Made by a program: the position numbers and the translations under genes. Source: Eledone cirrhosa (taxonomy: Eukaryota). Taken from it: DNA of 64,000 nt. The stretch lies in NCBI GenBank assembly GCA_964016885.1, contig OZ024740.1, forward strand, positions 415,524,001-415,588,000, in the 5' to 3' direction. Each line of letters begins with the position of its first letter. Position 1 is the stretch's first letter. The notes below the pieces were generated by a model. It was given only the letters and a program-made list of their open reading frames with translations, did not search any database and had not been told where the DNA came from. Positions 1 to 14,024 of this stretch are shown here, piece by piece.

Positions 1-3000
1 ACATATGTTGTGTATGGGGGATGACAATGAATCAGATATAGTGTGTAAGAGAGAACACTGTGGGTATGGACATATGTTGTGTATGGGGGATGACAGTAAA
101 TCAGATATAGAGTGTAAGAGAGAACACTGTGGGTATGGACATATGTTGTGTATGGGGGATGACAGTGAATCAGATATAGTGTGTAAGAGAGAACACTGTG
201 GGTATGGACATATGTTGTGTATGGGGGATGACAGTGAATCAGATATAGCGTGTAAGAGAGAACACTGTGGGTATGGACATATGTTGTGTATGGGGGATGA
301 CAGTGAATCAGATATAGTGTGTAAGAGAGAACACTGTGGGTATGGACATATGTTGTGTATGGGGGAAGACAGTGAATCAGATATAGAGTGTAAGAGAGAA
401 CACTGTGGGTATGGACATATGTTGTGTATGGGGGATGACAGTGAATCAGATATAGAGTTTAAGAGAGAACACTGTGGGTATGGACATATGTTGTGTATGG
501 GGGATGACAGTGAATCAGATACAGTGTGTAAGAGAGAACACTGTGGGTATGGACATATGTTGTGTATGGGGGATGACAGTGAATCAGACATAGTGTGTAA
601 GAGAGAACACTGTGGGTATGGACATATGTTGTGTATGGGGGATGACAGTGAATAAGATATAGTGTGTAAGAGAGAACACTCTGGGTATGGACATATGTTG
701 TGTATTGGGGATGACAGTAAATCAGATATAGAGTGTAAGAGAGAACACTGTGTGTATGGACATATGTTGTGTATGGGGGATGACAGTAAATCAGATATAG
801 TGTGTAAGAGAGAACACTGTGGGTATGGACATATGTTGTGTATGGGGGATGACAGTGAAAAAGATATAGTGTGTAAGAGAGAACACTGTGGGTATGGACA
901 TATGTTGTGTATGGGGGAAGACAGTGAATCAGATATAGTGTGTAAGAGTGAACACTGTGGGTATGGATATATGTTGTTTTTGTGGGATGACAGTGAATCA
1001 GATATAGTATGTAAGAGAGAACACTGTGGGTATGGACATATGTTGTGTATGGGGGATGACAGTGAATCAGATATAGTGTGTAAGAGAGAACACTGTGGGT
1101 ATGGACATATGTTGTGTATGGGGGATGACAGTAAATCAGATATAGAGTGTAAGAGAGAACACTGTGGGTATGGACATATGTTGTGTATGGGGGATGACAG
1201 TGAATAACATATAGTGTGTAAGAGAGAACACTGTGGGTATGGACATATGTTGTGTATGGGGGATGACAGTGAATCAGATATAGTGTGTAAGAGAGAACAC
1301 TGTGGGTATGGACATATGTTGTGTATGGGGGATGACAGTAAATCAGATATAGAGTGTAAGAGAGAACACTCTGGGTATGGACATATGTTGTGTATGGGGG
1401 ATGACAGTGAATAAGATATAGTGTGTAAGAGAGAACACTGTGGGTATGGACATATGTTGTGTATGGGGGATGACAGTGAATCAGATATAGTGTGTAAGAG
1501 AGAACACTGTGGGTATGGACATATGTTGTGTATGGGGGATGACAGTGAATCAGATATAGTGTGTAAGAGAGAACACTCTGGGTATGGACATATGTTGTGT
1601 ATGGGGGAAGACAGTGAATCAGATATAGTGTGTAAGAGAGAACACTGTGGGTATGGACATATGTTGTGTATGGGGGAAGACAGTGAATCAGATATAGAGT
1701 GTAAGAGAGAACACTGTGGGTATGGACATATGTTGTGTATGGGGGATGACAGTGAATCAGATATAGTGTGTAAGAGAGAACACTGTGGGTATGGACATAT
1801 GTTGTGTATGGGGGATGACAGTGAATCAGATATAGTGTGTAAGAGAGAACACTGTGGGTATGGACATATGTTGTGTATGGGGGATGACAGTGAATCAGAT
1901 ATAGTGTGTAAGAGAGAACACTGTGGGTATGGACATATGTTGTGTATGGGAGATGACAGTGAATCAGATATAGTGTGTAAGAGAGAACACTGTGGGTATG
2001 GACATATGTTGTGTATGGGGGATGACAGTGAATCAGATATAGTGTGTAAGAGAGAACACTGTGGGTATGGACATATGTTGTGTATGGGGGATGACAGTGA
2101 ATCAAATATAGTGTGTAAGAGAGAACACTGTGGGTATGGACATATGTTGTGTATGGGGGATGACAGTGAATCAGATATAGTGTGTAAGAGAGAACACTGT
2201 GGGTATGGACATATGTTGTGTATGGGGGATGACAGTGAATCAGATATAGTGTGTAAGAGAGAACACTGTGGGTGTGGACATATGTTGTGTATGGGGGATG
2301 ACAGTGAATCAGATATAGTGTGTAAGAGAGAACACTGTGGGTATGGACATATGTTGTGTATGGGGGATGACAGTGAATCAGATATAGTGTGTAAGAGAGA
2401 ACACTGTGGGTATGGACATATGTTGTGTATGGGGGATGACAGTGAATCAGATATAGTATGTAAGAGAGAACACTGTGGGTATGGACATATGTTGTGTATG
2501 GGGGATGACAGTGAATCAGATATAGTGTGTAAGAGAGAACACTGTGGGTATGGACATATGTTGTGTATGGGGGATGACAGTAAATCAGATATAGAGTGTA
2601 AGAGAGAACACTGTGGGTATGGACATATGTTGTGCATGATGGATGACAGTGAATCAGATATAGTGTCTAAGAGAGAACACTGTGGGTATGGACATATGTT
2701 GTGTATGGGGGATGACAGTGAATCACATATAGTGTGTAAGAGAGAACACTGTGGGTATGGACATATGTTGTGTATGGGGGATGACAGTGAATCAGATATA
2801 GTGTGTAAGAGAGAACACTGTGGGTATGGACATATGTTGTGTATGGTGGTTGACAGTGAATCAGATATAGTGTGTAAGAGAGAACACTGTGGGTATGGAC
2901 ATATGTTGTGTATGGGGGAAGACAGTGAATCAGATATAGAGTGTAAGAGAGAACACTGTGGGTATGGACATATGTTGTGCATGATGGATGACAGTGAATC

Positions 3001-4360
3001 AGATATAGTGTGTAAGAGAGAACACTGTGGGTATGGACATATGTTGTGTATGGGGGATGACAGTGAATCAGATATAGTGTGTAAGAGAGAACACTGTGGG
3101 TATGGACATATGTTGTGCATGATGGATGACAGTGAATCAGATATAGTGTGTAAGAGAGAGCACTGTGGGTATGGACATATGTTGTGTATGGGGGATGACA
3201 GTGAATCAGATATAGTGTGTAAGAGAGAACACTGTGGGTATGGACATATGTTGTGTATGGGGGAAGACAGTGAATCAGATATAGTGTGTAAGAGAGAACA
3301 CTGTGGGTATGGACATATGTTGTGTATGGGGGATGACAATGAATCAGATATAGTGTGTAAGAGAGAACACTGTGGGTATGGACATATGTTGTGTATGGGG
3401 GATGACAGTAAATCAGATATAGAGTGTAAGAGAGAACACTGTGGGTATGGACATATGTTGTGTATGGGGGATGACAGTGAATCAGATATAGTGTGTAAGA
3501 GAGAACACTGTGGGTATGGACATATGTTGTGTATGGGGGATGACAGTGAATCAGATATAGCGTGTAAGAGAGAACACTGTGGGTATGGACATATGTTGTG
3601 TATGGGGGATGACAGTGAATCAGATATAGTGTGTAAGAGAGAACACTGTGGGTATGGACATATGTTGTGTATGGGGGAAGACAGTGAATCAGATATAGAG
3701 TGTAAGAGAGAACACTGTGGGTATGGACATATGTTGTGTATGGGGGATGACAGTGAATCAGATATAGAGTTTAAGAGAGAACACTGTGGGTATGGACATA
3801 TGTTGTGTATGGGGGATGACAGTGAATCAGATACAGTGTGTAAGAGAGAACACTGTGGGTATGGACATATGTTGTGTATGGGGGATGACAGTGAATCAGA
3901 CATAGTGTGTAAGAGAGAACACTGTGGGTATGGACATATGTTGTGTATGGGGGATGACAGTGAATAAGATATAGTGTGTAAGAGAGAACACTCTGGGTAT
4001 GGACATATGTTGTGTATTGGGGATGACAGTAAATCAGATATAGAGTGTAAGAGAGAACACTGTGTGTATGGACATATGTTGTGTATGGGGGATGACAGTA
4101 AATCAGATATAGTGTGTAAGAGAGAACACTGTGGGTATGGACATATGTTGTGTATGGGGGATGACAGTGAAAAAGATATAGTGTGTAAGAGAGAACACTG
4201 TGGGTATGGACATATGTTGTGTATGGGGGAAGACAGTGAATCAGATATAGTGTGTAAGAGTGAACACTGTGGGTATGGATATATGTTGTTTTTGTGGGAT
4301 GACAGTGAATCAGATATAGTATGTAAGAGAGAGCACTGTGGGTATGGACATATGTTGTGT
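1..4360. repeat. Higher-order duplication, offset 3312 bp (48 units): ~1-1050 recurs at ~3313-4360
   Basis: Rare variants recur at +3312: GACAAT (~27/~3339), GAGTTT (~457/~3769), AGACAT (~588/~3900), TTTTTGT (~980/~4292). ORF ends 655/3967 and starts 662/3974. Confidence 0.9.
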
Positions 4361-6991
4361 ATGGGGGAAGACAGTGAATCAGATATAGTGTGTAAGAGAG
4401 AACACTGTGGGTATGGACATATGTTGTGTATGGGGGATGACAGTGAATCAGATATAGTGTGTAAGAGAGAACACTGTGGGTATGGACATATGTTGTGTAT
4501 GGGGGATGACAGTAAATCAGATATAGAGTGTAAGAGAGAACACTCTGGGTATGGACATATGTTGTGTATGGGGGATGACAGTGAATAAGATATAGTGTGT
4601 AAGAGAGAACACTGTGGGTATGGACATATGTTGTGTATGGGGGATGACAGTGAATCAGATATAGTGTGTAAGAGAGAACACTGTGGGTATGGACATATGT
4701 TGTGTATGGGGGATGACAGTGAATCAGATATAGTGTGTAAGAGAGAACACTCTGGGTATGGACATATGTTGTGTATGGGGGATGACAGTGAATCAGATAT
4801 AGTGTGTAAGAGAGAACACTGTGGGTATGGACATATGTTGTGTATGGGGGAAGACAGTGAATCAGATATAGAGTGTAAGAGAGAACACTGTGGGTATGGA
4901 CATATGTTGTGTATGGGGGATGACAGTGAATCAGATATAGTGTGTAAGAGAGAACACTGTGGGTATGGACATATGTTGTGTATGGGGGATGACAGTGAAT
5001 CAGATATAGCGTGTAAGAGAGAACACTGTGGGTATGGACATATGTTGTGTATGGGGGATGACAGTGAATCAGATATAGTGTGTAAGAGAGAACACTGTGG
5101 GTATGGACATATGTTGTGTATGGGGGAAGACAGTGAATCAGATATAGTGTGTAAGAGAGAACACTGTGGGTATGGACATATGTTGTGTATGGGGGATGAC
5201 AGTGAATCAGATATAGTGTGTAAGAGAGAACACTGTGGGTATGGACATATGTTGTGTATGGGGGAAGACAGTGAATCTGATATAGAGTGTAAGAGAGAAC
5301 ACTGTGGGTATGGACATATGTTGTGTATGGGGGATGACAGTGAATCAGATACAGTGTGTAAGAGAGAACACTGTGGGTATGGACATATGTTGTGTATGGG
5401 GGATGACAGTGATTCAGAAATAGTGTGTAAGAGAGAACACTGTGGATATGGACATATGTTGTGTATGGGGGATGACAGTGAATAAGATATAGTGTGTAAG
5501 AGAGAACACTGTTGGTATGGACATATGTTGTGTATTGGGGATGACAGTAAATCAGATATAGAGTGTAAAAGAGAACACTGTGTGTATGGACATATGTTGT
5601 GTATGGGGGATGACAGTGAAAAAGATATAGTGTGTAAGAGAGAACACTGTGGGTATGGACATATGTTGTGTATGGGGGATGACAGTGAAAAAGATATAGT
5701 GTGTAAGAGAGAACACTGTGGGTATGGACATATGTTGTGTATGGGGGAAGACAGTGAATCAGATATAGTGTGTAAGAGTGAACACTGTGGGTATGGATAT
5801 ATGTTGTGTATGGGGGATGACAGTGAATCAGATATAGAGTGTAAGAGAGAACACTGTGGGTATGGATACATGTTGTGTATGGGGGATGACAGTGAATCAG
5901 ATATAGTATGTAAGAGAGAACACTGTGGGTATGGACATATGTTGTGTATGGAGGAAGACAGTGAATCAGATATAGTGTGTAAGAGAGAACACTGTGGGTA
6001 TGGACATATGTTGCATATGGGGGATGACAGTGAATCAGATATAGTGTGTAAGAGAGAACACTGTGGGTATGGACATATGTTGTGTATGGGGGATGACAGT
6101 AAATCAGATATAGAGTGTAAGAGAGAACACTGTGGGTATGGACATATGTTGTGTATGGGGGATGACAGTGAATAACATATAGTGTGTAAGAGAGAACACT
6201 GTGGGTATGGACATATGTTGTGTATGGGGGATGACAGTGAATCAGATATAGTGTGTAAGAGAGAACACTGTGGGTATGGACATATGTTGTGTATGGGGGA
6301 TGACAGTAAATCAGATATAGAGTGTAAGAGAGAACACTGTGGGTATGGACATATGTTGTGTATGGGGGATGACAGTGAATAAGATATAGTGTGTAAGAGA
6401 GAACACTGTGGGTATGGACATATGTTGTGTATGGGGGATGACAGTGAATCAGATACAGTATGTAAGAGAGAACACTGTGGGTATGGACATATGTTGTGTA
6501 TGGGGGATGACAGTGAATCAGATATAGTGTGTAAGAGAGAACACTGTGGGTATGGACATATGTTGTGTATGGGGGATGACAGTGAATAAGATATAGTGTG
6601 TAAGAGAGAACACTGAGGGTATGGACATATGTTGTGTATTGGGGATGACAGTAAATCAGATATAGGGTGTAAGAGAGAACACTGTGTGTATGGACATATG
6701 TTGTGTATGGGAGATGACAGTAAATCAGATATAGTGTGTAAGAGAGAACACTGTGGGTATGGACATATGTTGTGTATGGGGGATGACAGTGAAAAAGATA
6801 CAGTGTGTAAGAGAGAACACTGTGGGTATGGACATATGTTGTGTATGGGGGAAGACAGTGAATCAGATATAGTGTGTAAGAGTGAACACTGTGGGTATGG
6901 ATATATGTTGTGTATGGGGGATGACAGTGAATCAAATATAGTATGTAAGAGAGAAAACTGTGGGTATGGACATATGTTGTGTATGGGGGAA

Positions 6992-9900
6992 GACAGTGAA
7001 TCAGATATAGTGTGTAAGAGAGAACACTGTGGGTATGGACATATGTTGTGTATGGGGGATGACAGTGAATCAGATATAGTGTGTAAGAGAGAACACTGTG
7101 GGTATGGACATATGTTGTGTATGGGGGATGACATTAAATCAGATATAGAGTGTAAGAGAGAACACTGTGGGTATGGACATATGTTGTGTATGGGGGATGA
7201 CAGTGAATAACATATAGTGTGTAAGAGAGAACACTGTGGGTATGGACATATGTTGTGTATGGGGGATGACAGTGAATCAGATATAGTGTGTAAGAGAGAA
7301 CACTGTGGGTATGGACATATGTTGTGTATGGGGGATGACAGTAAATCAGATATAGAGTGTAAGAGAGAACACTGTGGGTATGGACATATGTTGTGTATGG
7401 GGGATGACAGTGAATAAGATATAGTGTGTAAGAGAGAACACTGTGGGTATGGACATATGTTGTGTATGGGGGATGACAGTGAATCAGATATAGTGTGTAA
7501 GAGAGAACACAGTGGGTATGGACATATGTTGTGTATGGGGGATGACAGTGAATCAGATATAGTGTGTAAGAAAGAACACTGTGGGTATGGACATATGTTG
7601 TGTATGGGGGATGACAGTGAATCAGATATAGTGTGTAAGAGAGAACACTGTGGGTATGGACATATGTTGTGTATGGGGGAAGACAGTGAATCAGATATAG
7701 AGTGTAAGAGAGAACACTGTGGGTATGGACATATGTTGTGTATGGGGGATGACAGTGAATCAGATATAGTGTGTAAGAGAGAACACTGTGGGTATGGACA
7801 TATGTTGTGTATGGGGGATGACAGTGAATCTGATATAGAGTGTAAGAGAGAACACTGTGGGTATGGACATATGTTGTGTATGGGGGATGACAGTGAATCA
7901 GATATAGAGTGTAAGAGAGAACACTGTGGGTATGGACATATGTTGTGTATGGGGGATGACAGTGAATCAGATACAGTGTGTAAGAGAGAACACTGTGGGT
8001 ATGGACATATGTTGTGTATGGGGGATGACAGTGAATCAGAAATAGTGTGTAAGAGAGAACACTGTGGGTATGGACATATGTTGTGTATGGGGGATGACAG
8101 TGAATAAGATATAGTGTGTAAGAGAGAACACTGTTGGTATGGACATATGTTGTGTATTGGGGATGACAGTAAATCAGATATAGAGTGTAAGAGAGAACAC
8201 TGTGTGTATGGACATATGTTGTGTATGGGGGATGACAGTGAAAAAGATATAGTGTGTAAGAGAGAACACTGTGGGTATGGACATATGTTGTGTATGGGGG
8301 ATGACAGTGAAAAAGATATAGTGTGTAAGAGAGAACACTGTGGGTATGGACATATGTTGTGTATGGGGGAAGACAGTGAATCAGATATAGTGTGTAAGAG
8401 TGAACACTGTGGGTATGGATATATGTTGTGTATGGGGGATGACAGTGAATCAGATATAGTATGTAAGAGAGAACACTGTGGGTATGGACATATGTTGTGT
8501 ATGGAGGAAGACAGTGAATCAGATATAGTGTGTAAGAGAGAACACTGTGGGTATGGACATATGTTGTGTATGGGGGATGACAGTGAATAAGATATAGTGT
8601 GTAAGAGAGAACACTGTTGGTATGGACATATGTTGTGTATTGGGGATGACAGTAAATCAGATATAGAGTGTAAGAGAGAACACTGTGTGTATGGACATAT
8701 GTTGTGTATGGGGGATGACAGTGAAAAAGATATAGTGTGTAAGAGAGAACACTGTGGGTATGGACATATGTTGTGTATGGGGGATGACAGTGAAAAAGAT
8801 ATAGTGTGTAAGAGAGAACACTGTGGGTATGGACATATGGTGTGTATGGGGGATGACGGTGAATCAGATATAGTGTGTAAGAGAGAACACTGTGGGTATG
8901 GACATATGTTGTGTATGGGGGATGACAGTAAATCAGATATAGAGTGTAAGAGAGAACACTGTGGGTATGGACATATGTTGTGTATGGGGGATGACAGTGA
9001 ATAACATATAGTGTGTAAGAGAGAACACTGTGGGTATGGACATATGTTGTGTATGGGGGATGACAGTGAATCAGATATAGTGTGTAAGAGAGAACACTGT
9101 GGGTATGGACATATGTTGTGTATGGGGGATGACAGTAAATCAGATATAGAGTGTAAGAGAGAACACTGTGGGTATGGACATATGTTGTGTATGGGGGATG
9201 ACAGTGAATAAGATATAGTGTGTAAGAGAGAACACTGTGGGTATGGACATATGTTGTGTATGGGGGATGACAGTGAATCAGATATAGTGTGTAAGAGAGA
9301 ACACAGTGGGTATGGACATATGTTGTGTATGGGGGATGACAGTGAATCAGATATAGTGTGTAAGAGAGAACACTGTGGGTATGGACATATGTTGTGTATG
9401 GTGGATGACAGTGACTCAGATATAGTGTGTAAGAGAGAACACTGTGGGTATGGACATATGTTGTGTATGGGGGAAGACAGTGAATCAGATATAGAACGTA
9501 AGAGAGAACACTGTGGGTATGGACATATGTTGTGTATGGGGGATGACAGTGAATCAGATATAGTGTGTAAGAGAGAACACTGTGGGTATGGACATATGTT
9601 GTGTATGGGGGATGACAGTGAATCAGATATAGTGTGTAAGAGAGAACACTGTGGGTATGGACATATGTTGTGTATGGGGGATGACAGTGAATCAGATATA
9701 GTGTGTAAGAGAGAACACTGTGGGTATGGACATATGTTGTGTATGGGGGATGACATTAAATCAGATATAGAGTGTAAGAGAGAACACTGTGGGTATGGAC
9801 ATATGTTGTGTATGGGGGATGACAGTGAATAACATATAGTGTGTAAGAGAGAACACTGTGGGTATGGACATATGTTGTGTATGGGGGATGACAGTGAATC

Positions 9901-12185
9901 AGATATAGTGTGTAAGAGAGAACACTGTGGGTATGGACATATGTTGTGTATGGGGGATGACAGTAAATCAGATATAGAGTGTAAGAGAGAACACTGTGGG
10001 TATGGACATATGTTGTGTATGGGGGATGACAGTGAATAAGATATAGTGTGTAAGAGAGAACACTGTGGGTATGGACATATGTTGTGTATGGGGGATGACA
10101 GTGAATCAGATATAGTGTGTAAGAGAGAACACAGTGGGTATGGACATATGTTGTGTATGGGGGATGACAGTGAATCAGATATAGTGTGTAAGAAAGAACA
10201 CTGTGGGTATGGACATATGTTGTGTATGGGGGATGACAGTGAATCAGATATAGTGTGTAAGAGAGAACACTGTGGGTATGGACATATGTTGTGTATGGGG
10301 GAAGACAGTGAATCAGATATAGAGTGTAAGAGAGAACACTGTGGGTATGGACATATGTTGTGTATGGGGGATGACAGTGAATCAGATATAGTGTGTAAGA
10401 GAGAACACTGTGGGTATGGACATATGTTGTGTATGGGGGATGACAGTGAATCTGATATAGAGTGTAAGAGAGAACACTGTGGGTATGGACATATGTTGTG
10501 TATGGGGGATGACAGTGAATCAGATATAGAGTGTAAGAGAGAACACTGTGGGTATGGACATATGTTGTGTATGGGGGATGACAGTGAATCAGATACAGTG
10601 TGTAAGAGAGAACACTGTGGGTATGGACATATGTTGTGTATGGGGGATGACAGTGAATCAGAAATAGTGTGTAAGAGAGAACACTGTGGGTATGGACATA
10701 TGTTGTGTATGGGGGATGACAGTGAATAAGATATAGTGTGTAAGAGAGAACACTGTTGGTATGGACATATGTTGTGTATTGGGGATGACAGTAAATCAGA
10801 TATAGAGTGTAAGAGAGAACACTGTGTGTATGGACATATGTTGTGTATGGGGGATGACAGTGAAAAAGATATAGTGTGTAAGAGAGAACACTGTGGGTAT
10901 GGACATATGTTGTGTATGGGGGATGACAGTGAAAAAGATATAGTGTGTAAGAGAGAACACTGTGGGTATGGACATATGTTGTGTATGGGGGAAGACAGTG
11001 AATCAGATATAGTGTGTAAGAGTGAACACTGTGGGTATGGATATATGTTGTGTATGGGGGATGACAGTGAATCAGATATAGTATGTAAGAGAGAACACTG
11101 TGGGTATGGACATATGTTGTGTATGGAGGAAGACAGTGAATCAGATATAGTGTGTAAGAGAGAACACTGTGGGTATGGACATATGTTGTGTATGGGGGAT
11201 GACAGTGAATAAGATATAGTGTGTAAGAGAGAACACTGTTGGTATGGACATATGTTGTGTATTGGGGATGACAGTAAATCAGATATAGAGTGTAAGAGAG
11301 AACACTGTGTGTATGGACATATGTTGTGTATGGGGGATGACAGTGAAAAAGATATAGTGTGTAAGAGAGAACACTGTGGGTATGGACATATGTTGTGTAT
11401 GGGGGATGACAGTGAAAAAGATATAGTGTGTAAGAGAGAACACTGTGGGTATGGACATATGGTGTGTATGGGGGATGACGGTGAATCAGATATAGTGTGT
11501 AAGAGAGAACACTGTGGGTATGGACATATGTTGTGTATGGGGGATGACAGTAAATCAGATATAGAGTGTAAGAGAGAACACTGTGGGTATGGACATATGT
11601 TGTGTATGGGGGATGACAGTGAATAACATATAGTGTGTAAGAGAGAACACTGTGGGTATGGACATATGTTGTGTATGGGGGATGACAGTGAATCAGATAT
11701 AGTGTGTAAGAGAGAACACTGTGGGTATGGACATATGTTGTGTATGGGGGATGACAGTAAATCAGATATAGAGTGTAAGAGAGAACACTGTGGGTATGGA
11801 CATATGTTGTGTATGGGGGATGACAGTGAATAAGATATAGTGTGTAAGAGAGAACACTGTGGGTATGGACATATGTTGTGTATGGGGGATGACAGTGAAT
11901 CAGATATAGTGTGTAAGAGAGAACACAGTGGGTATGGACATATGTTGTGTATGGGGGATGACAGTGAATCAGATATAGTGTGTAAGAGAGAACACTGTGG
12001 GTATGGACATATGTTGTGTATGGTGGATGACAGTGACTCAGATATAGTGTGTAAGAGAGAACACTGTGGGTATGGACATATGTTGTGTATGGGGGAAGAC
12101 AGTGAATCAGATATAGAACGTAAGAGAGAACACTGTGGGTATGGACATATGTTGTGTATGGGGGATGACAGTGAATCAGATATAG
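6992..12185. repeat. Tandem 38-unit (2622 bp) higher-order duplication: 6992-9563 and 9614-12185
   Basis: ORF starts 7217/9839, 7424/10046, 8114/10736, 8597/11219 and 9011/11633 are offset by 2622. Shared rare variants GACATT, AAGAAA, ATGGTGTG+GACGGT, GAACGT. Confidence 0.95.
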
Positions 12186-12490
12186 CGTGTAAGAGAGAAC
12201 ACTGTGGGTATGGACATATGTTGTGTATGGGGGATGACAGTGAATCAGATATAGTGTGTAAGAGAGAACACTGTGGGTATGGACATATGTTGTGTATGGG
12301 GGAAGACAGTGAATCTGATATAGAGTGTAAGAGAGAACACTGTGGGTATGGACATATGTTGTGTATGGGGGATGACAGTGAATCAGATATAGAGTGTAAG
12401 AGAGAACACTGTGGGTATGGACATATGTTGTGTATGGGGGATGACAGTGAATCAGATACAGTGTGTAAGAGAGAACACTGTGGGTATGGA

Positions 12491-12500
12491 CATATGTATG
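12491..12500. other. 5-bp deletion in monomer (64-bp unit), CATATGTTGTGTATG -> CATATGTATG
   Basis: Read directly at 12491-12500. It lies between two TGT direct repeats 5 bp apart and shifts the frame of the ORF track. Confidence 0.97.
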
Positions 12501-14024
12501 GGGGATGACAGTGAATCAGAAATAGTGTGTAAGAGAGAACACTGTGGGTATGGACATATGTTGTGTATGGGGGATGACAGTGAATAAGATATAGTGTGTA
12601 AGAGAGAACACTGTTGGTATGGACATATGTTGTGTATTGGGGATGACAGTAAATCAGATATAGAGTGTAAGAGAGAACACTGTGTGTATGGACATATGTT
12701 GTGTATGGGGGATGACAGTGAAAAAGATATAGTGTGTAAGAGAGAACACTGTGGGTATGGACATATGTTGTGTATGGGGGATGACAGTGAAAAAGATATA
12801 GTGTGTAAGAGAGAACACTGTGGGTATGGACATATGTTGTGTATGGGGGAAGACAGTGAATCAGATATAGTGTGTAAGAGTGAACACTGTGGGTATGGAT
12901 ATATGTTGTGTATGGGGGATGACAGTGAATCAGATATAGTATGTAAGAGAGAACACTGTGGGTATGGACATATGTTGTGTATGGAGGAAGACAGTGAATC
13001 AGATATAGTGTGTAAGAGAGAACACTGTGGGTATGGACATATGTTGTGTATGGGGGATGACAGTGAATCAGATATAGTGTGTAAGAGAGAACACTGTGGG
13101 TATGGACATATGTTGTGTATGGGGGATGACAGTAAATCAGATATAGAGTGTAAGAGAGAACACTGTGTGTATGGACATATGTTGTGTATGGGAGATGACA
13201 GTAAATCAGATATAGTGTGTAAGAGAGAACACTGTGGGTATGGACATATGTTGTGTATGGGGGATGACAGTGAAAAAGATATAGTGTGTAAGAGAGAACA
13301 CTGTGGGTATGGACATATGTTGTGTATGGGGGAAGACAGTGAATCAGATATAGTGTGTAAGAGTGAACACTGTGGGTATGGATATATGTTGTTTTTGTGG
13401 GATGACAGTGAATCAGGTATAGTATGTAAGAGAGAACACTGTGGGTATGGACATATGTTGTGTATGGGGGAAGACAGTGAATCAGATATAGTGTGTAAGA
13501 GAGAACACTGTGGGTATGGACATATGTTGTGTATGGGGGATGACAGTGAATCAGATATAGTGTGTAAGAGAGAACACTGTGGGTATGGACATATGTTGTG
13601 TATGGGGGATGACAGTAAATCAGATATAGAGTGTAAGAGAGAACACTGTGGGTATGGACATATGTTGTGTATGGGGGATGACAGTGAATAACATATAGTG
13701 TGTAAGAGAGAACACTGTGGGTATGGACATATGTTGTGTATGGGGGATGACAGTGAATCAGATACAGTATGTAAGAGAGAACACTGTGGGTATGGACATA
13801 TGTTGTGTATGGGGGATGACAGTGAAAAAGATACAGTGTGTAAGAGAGAACACTGTGGGTATGGACATATGTTGTGTATGGGGGAAGACAGTGAATCAGA
13901 TATAGTGTGTAAGAGTGAACACTGTGGGTATGGATATATGTTGTGTATGGGGGATGACAGTGAATCAAATATAGTATGTAAGAGAGAAAACTGTGGGTAT
14001 GGACATATGTTGTGTATGGGGGAA

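Noticed and set aside
56-62. V(D)J recombination signal or Transib-like end: CACTGTG is the reverse complement of the heptamer CACAGTG in nearly every unit
   Set aside because: There is no ACAAAAACC-like nonamer at 12 or 23 bp (minus strand gives CACTATATC and ATTCACTGT). The nonamer-like TGTTTTTGT variant (975-983) is 38 bp from the next heptamer, and no gene segments are present.
9-69. Telomeric repeat or canonical G-quadruplex (TGTGGG, GGGGG)
   Set aside because: Each unit has only two runs of three or more G, separated by about 20 and 41 nt, beyond canonical loop lengths. There is no tandem short telomeric motif.
653-12496. Stop-codon reassignment (TAA read as an amino acid) making the + frame one long gene
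   Set aside because: The same codon is TCA, TAA, AAA, TGA, CAA, TCT or AAT in different units, TGA stops also occur (e.g. ~6615), and frameshifts remain. A variable non-coding site is simpler.
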